From an uncultured Bacteroidota bacterium (lineage in GTDB: Bacteria; Bacteroidota; Bacteroidia; Bacteroidales; WCHB1-69): a DNA stretch of 38,261 nt. The stretch lies in contig CACYHL010000002.1 of assembly GCA_902774205.1 (NCBI GenBank), positions 7,288-45,548 of the forward strand. The letters run 5' to 3'. The translations under genes and the position numbers were made by a program. Below the pieces are notes generated by a model that saw nothing but the letters and a program-made list of their open reading frames with translations, was not told the DNA's origin and ran no database searches. Position 1 is the first letter of the stretch, and each line of letters opens with the position of its first letter. Of the stretch, positions 36,402-38,261 are shown one piece after another.

Positions 36402-36959
36402 TTACTCAGCAACCGAACCTATGTGAATCCATTTCAACTTGCCATTCGGACACCAGAATTCCGTGCCTCCATAGATGCTTCCAAGAAACACACGGTCTTT
36501 ATCCGTCAGTTCCTCATTCAAGATATCCTTGTAGCGGTCATAAACCCTGTCTTTGGTATCACCCACCTTAACGCCTCTACTTGTTTTGTATCGGTTGCAG
36601 GAAGTAACCATGATCGAAAAAACAGACGATGGGGCGCCCTCTGCGTCCGACTCCATATCCAGAACTATGCCGTCATATATCCACTCCGTATAGAAAAAAC
36701 CTGAAAACTCCATAAATCCCTCATAGACAACAGAATCTGGTTTGCCAAGTTTGTTGAGGACGACTGTATCGGTCACACCGACAGTCAACCAGCCATTAAT
36801 TGTGTCAAACATAAATTCTTCGTCCTCCTCAGATACCTCTGATGATTTAACAATTTCTCTATCGGGAAAATGTGAAGTATCCTCAACTACAACTTTGCTC
36901 TTGCATGCCATTAACCCGAGGGCGAGTACCACTGCGCAAAAAATTACTGTTTTCTTCAT
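36402..36959 (-). CDS. Hypothetical lipoprotein (cassette gene)
   Basis: Lipobox LMAC; LGKPD and TSRGVKVGD motifs. Confidence 0.85.
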   Translation of the reverse strand: MKKTVIFCAVVLALGLMACKSKVVVEDTSHFPDREIVKSSEVSEEDEEFMFDTINGWLTVGVTDTVVLNKLGKPDSVVYEGFMEFSGFFYTEWIYDGIVLDMESDAEGAPSSVFSIMVTSCNRYKTSRGVKVGDTKDRVYDRYKDILNEELTDKDRVFLGSIYGGTEFWCPNGKLKWIHIGSVAE

Positions 36960-37009
36960 AATTACTGATGCCTATGTTTATAAAATCCACAGTGTCATTG
37001 CGGATTTTT

Positions 37010-37044
37010 GTTTTAACGCACTCGAAATATCAGGTCATAAAAAC
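37010..37044. repeat. 35-nt cassette repeat, copy 2
   Basis: GTTTTAACGCACTCGAAATATCAGGTCATAAAAAC. Confidence 0.95.
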
Positions 37045-37108
37045 GGTAGGTGGAAAAAAGAATGATGAAAGCACAAAGACCGTTGATGACGGGTGCGGAA
37101 AGGTCTGG

Positions 37109-37399
37109 CTATTCCTCTTTTTTCGAAAATCTATTGATGAATAGAAGGATTATATCGCTTATCAATGTCGTTGCTCCGAATAGGGCGTAAATATAAAGTG
37201 CTGTAACCAATTCGTCTCTTCCTCCGAAAAAAGGGAGGATCAGAATAATGAATAGATAGAATGAGCAAACGGCAACAATATGTATGATATTGATGGTCTT
37301 AAGCAAGAGAACGTTCTTGTGAATTAGCCCATGGTAGGTGCCTGAAAGCACAATCACGCTGAGAGCAAGAATTACTATCGGGATGAAAAATAGTGCCAT
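37109..37399 (-). CDS. Small 3-TM membrane protein (cassette gene)
   Basis: 96-aa hydrophobic ORF between repeats 2 and 3. Confidence 0.75.
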   Translation of the reverse strand: MALFFIPIVILALSVIVLSGTYHGLIHKNVLLLKTINIIHIVAVCSFYLFIILILPFFGGRDELVTALYIYALFGATTLISDIILLFINRFSKKEE

Positions 37400-37446
37400 T
37401 TCCAGAATGTTATTATTTTTTAACGATAAATTTGTTTGGATATTGT

Positions 37447-37481
37447 GTTTTAACGCACTCGAAATATCAGGTCATAAAAAC
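37447..37481. repeat. 35-nt cassette repeat, copy 3
   Basis: Identical to copy 2 (36 nt including the preceding T). Confidence 0.95.
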
Positions 37482-37644
37482 TTATTGGGAGTGCTTGTCA
37501 TATAATAATAAGTATGCAAGTACTATTATTGTAAATAAAAAGCGCATTTCGTTATTTTTTTGAAAAAATTCTTTTTTAGATTGGCAATATGAATATGTTA
37601 AATGCAGTAATAGCCGACTTAATTATTGTCAGAATTAACATGGA

Positions 37645-38133
37645 TTAAAATTCTGTAAATGGCGATGAAAAAATCGGAAAACACAGTTGTTCTCTCTTCA
37701 TCTTTATTCCCGGTTCACTTATACTTACAAAATTCAAAGATTTTACAAAATGGTTTACGATATTATTGATCGTATCTTGGGGGATATTTATTACAGGCAT
37801 AAAGTTCTCAGAAACCCATACAGAATCAACGATAAGATAAATACTATTTTCAACATCTACTGCTCTAATATATATATTGGCAGGTATTAAAATGGAATCA
37901 GATAACGAGGTATCTATAATGTTACAAAAGTGTTTTTCCCCTTTTGCTAAAAATGGAGAAATAACGGCAAAATGCCAATCCATATTCCTCGAATATAAAG
38001 AGAAGCAACTATCTTCTTGTAGCATACTATCAAATTCTTTTTGTCCGAGCAAATGGACTTTAAACACTTGAGCCTCAATTGACTTTGCCACAAAAGTTAA
38101 ACACAAAAACAATATCAATACTTTAATTTTCAT
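37645..38133 (-). CDS. Hypothetical exported protein
   Basis: Signal peptide (IEA-Q); own TAACTTTG promoter near 38182-38189. Confidence 0.75.
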   Translation of the reverse strand: MKIKVLILFLCLTFVAKSIEAQVFKVHLLGQKEFDSMLQEDSCFSLYSRNMDWHFAVISPFLAKGEKHFCNIIDTSLSDSILIPANIYIRAVDVENSIYLIVDSVWVSENFMPVINIPQDTINNIVNHFVKSLNFVSISEPGIKMKREQLCFPIFSSPFTEF

Positions 38134-38261
38134 TATTATGGCTATTTGGGATAAAATTCATTAATCTATAGATTCAAGTGGCAAAGTTATAAAATAAATC
38201 AGCAGGGGAGTTAAAAAAAATGACCTTACGAGGTCTGTAGTTTAACTTATTTTGAATAACC

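Noticed and set aside
36351-37481. Canonical CRISPR array or classical integron
   Set aside because: Intervals are 402-624 nt rather than ~30; no cas1/intI in the window; repeats lack the length and R''/L boxes of attC sites.
38210-38246. Possible fourth cassette repeat (GTTAAA...GACCT-TACG-AGGTC...TTTAAC)
   Set aside because: Shares only ATGACCT and the termini with the repeat; better explained as an unrelated hairpin.

Overview
Bacteroidales-type chromosomal window, judged from TAnnTTTG promoters, a T9SS substrate and a TonB receptor. 1-15.3 kb holds ordinary genes: C25 gingipain-like protease, flavodoxin/hydrolase/AraC, PepSY + Na/Pi transporter, OhrR-like MarR operon, GT4 and a fused UGSC-like protein. 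15.3-33.4 kb is a visibly AT-richer accessory region with no integrase. It contains an amber-interrupted ORF6N gene, tandem lipoproteins, a Zn-finger + UvrD-like helicase + 585-aa operon, and a membrane-anchored TPR-CHAT protease + C14 caspase-like protease + ECF sigma + anti-sigma module. Two operons in this region share a 37-nt bipartite upstream motif that looks like that sigma's promoter. After the TonB receptor gene come a highly structured ~340-nt non-coding segment and three 35-nt direct repeats (GTTTTA...AAAAC, CRISPR type II-like in shape), each pair enclosing one whole gene, i.e. a candidate gene-cassette array. All family calls come from motif recognition by eye; no searches were run.
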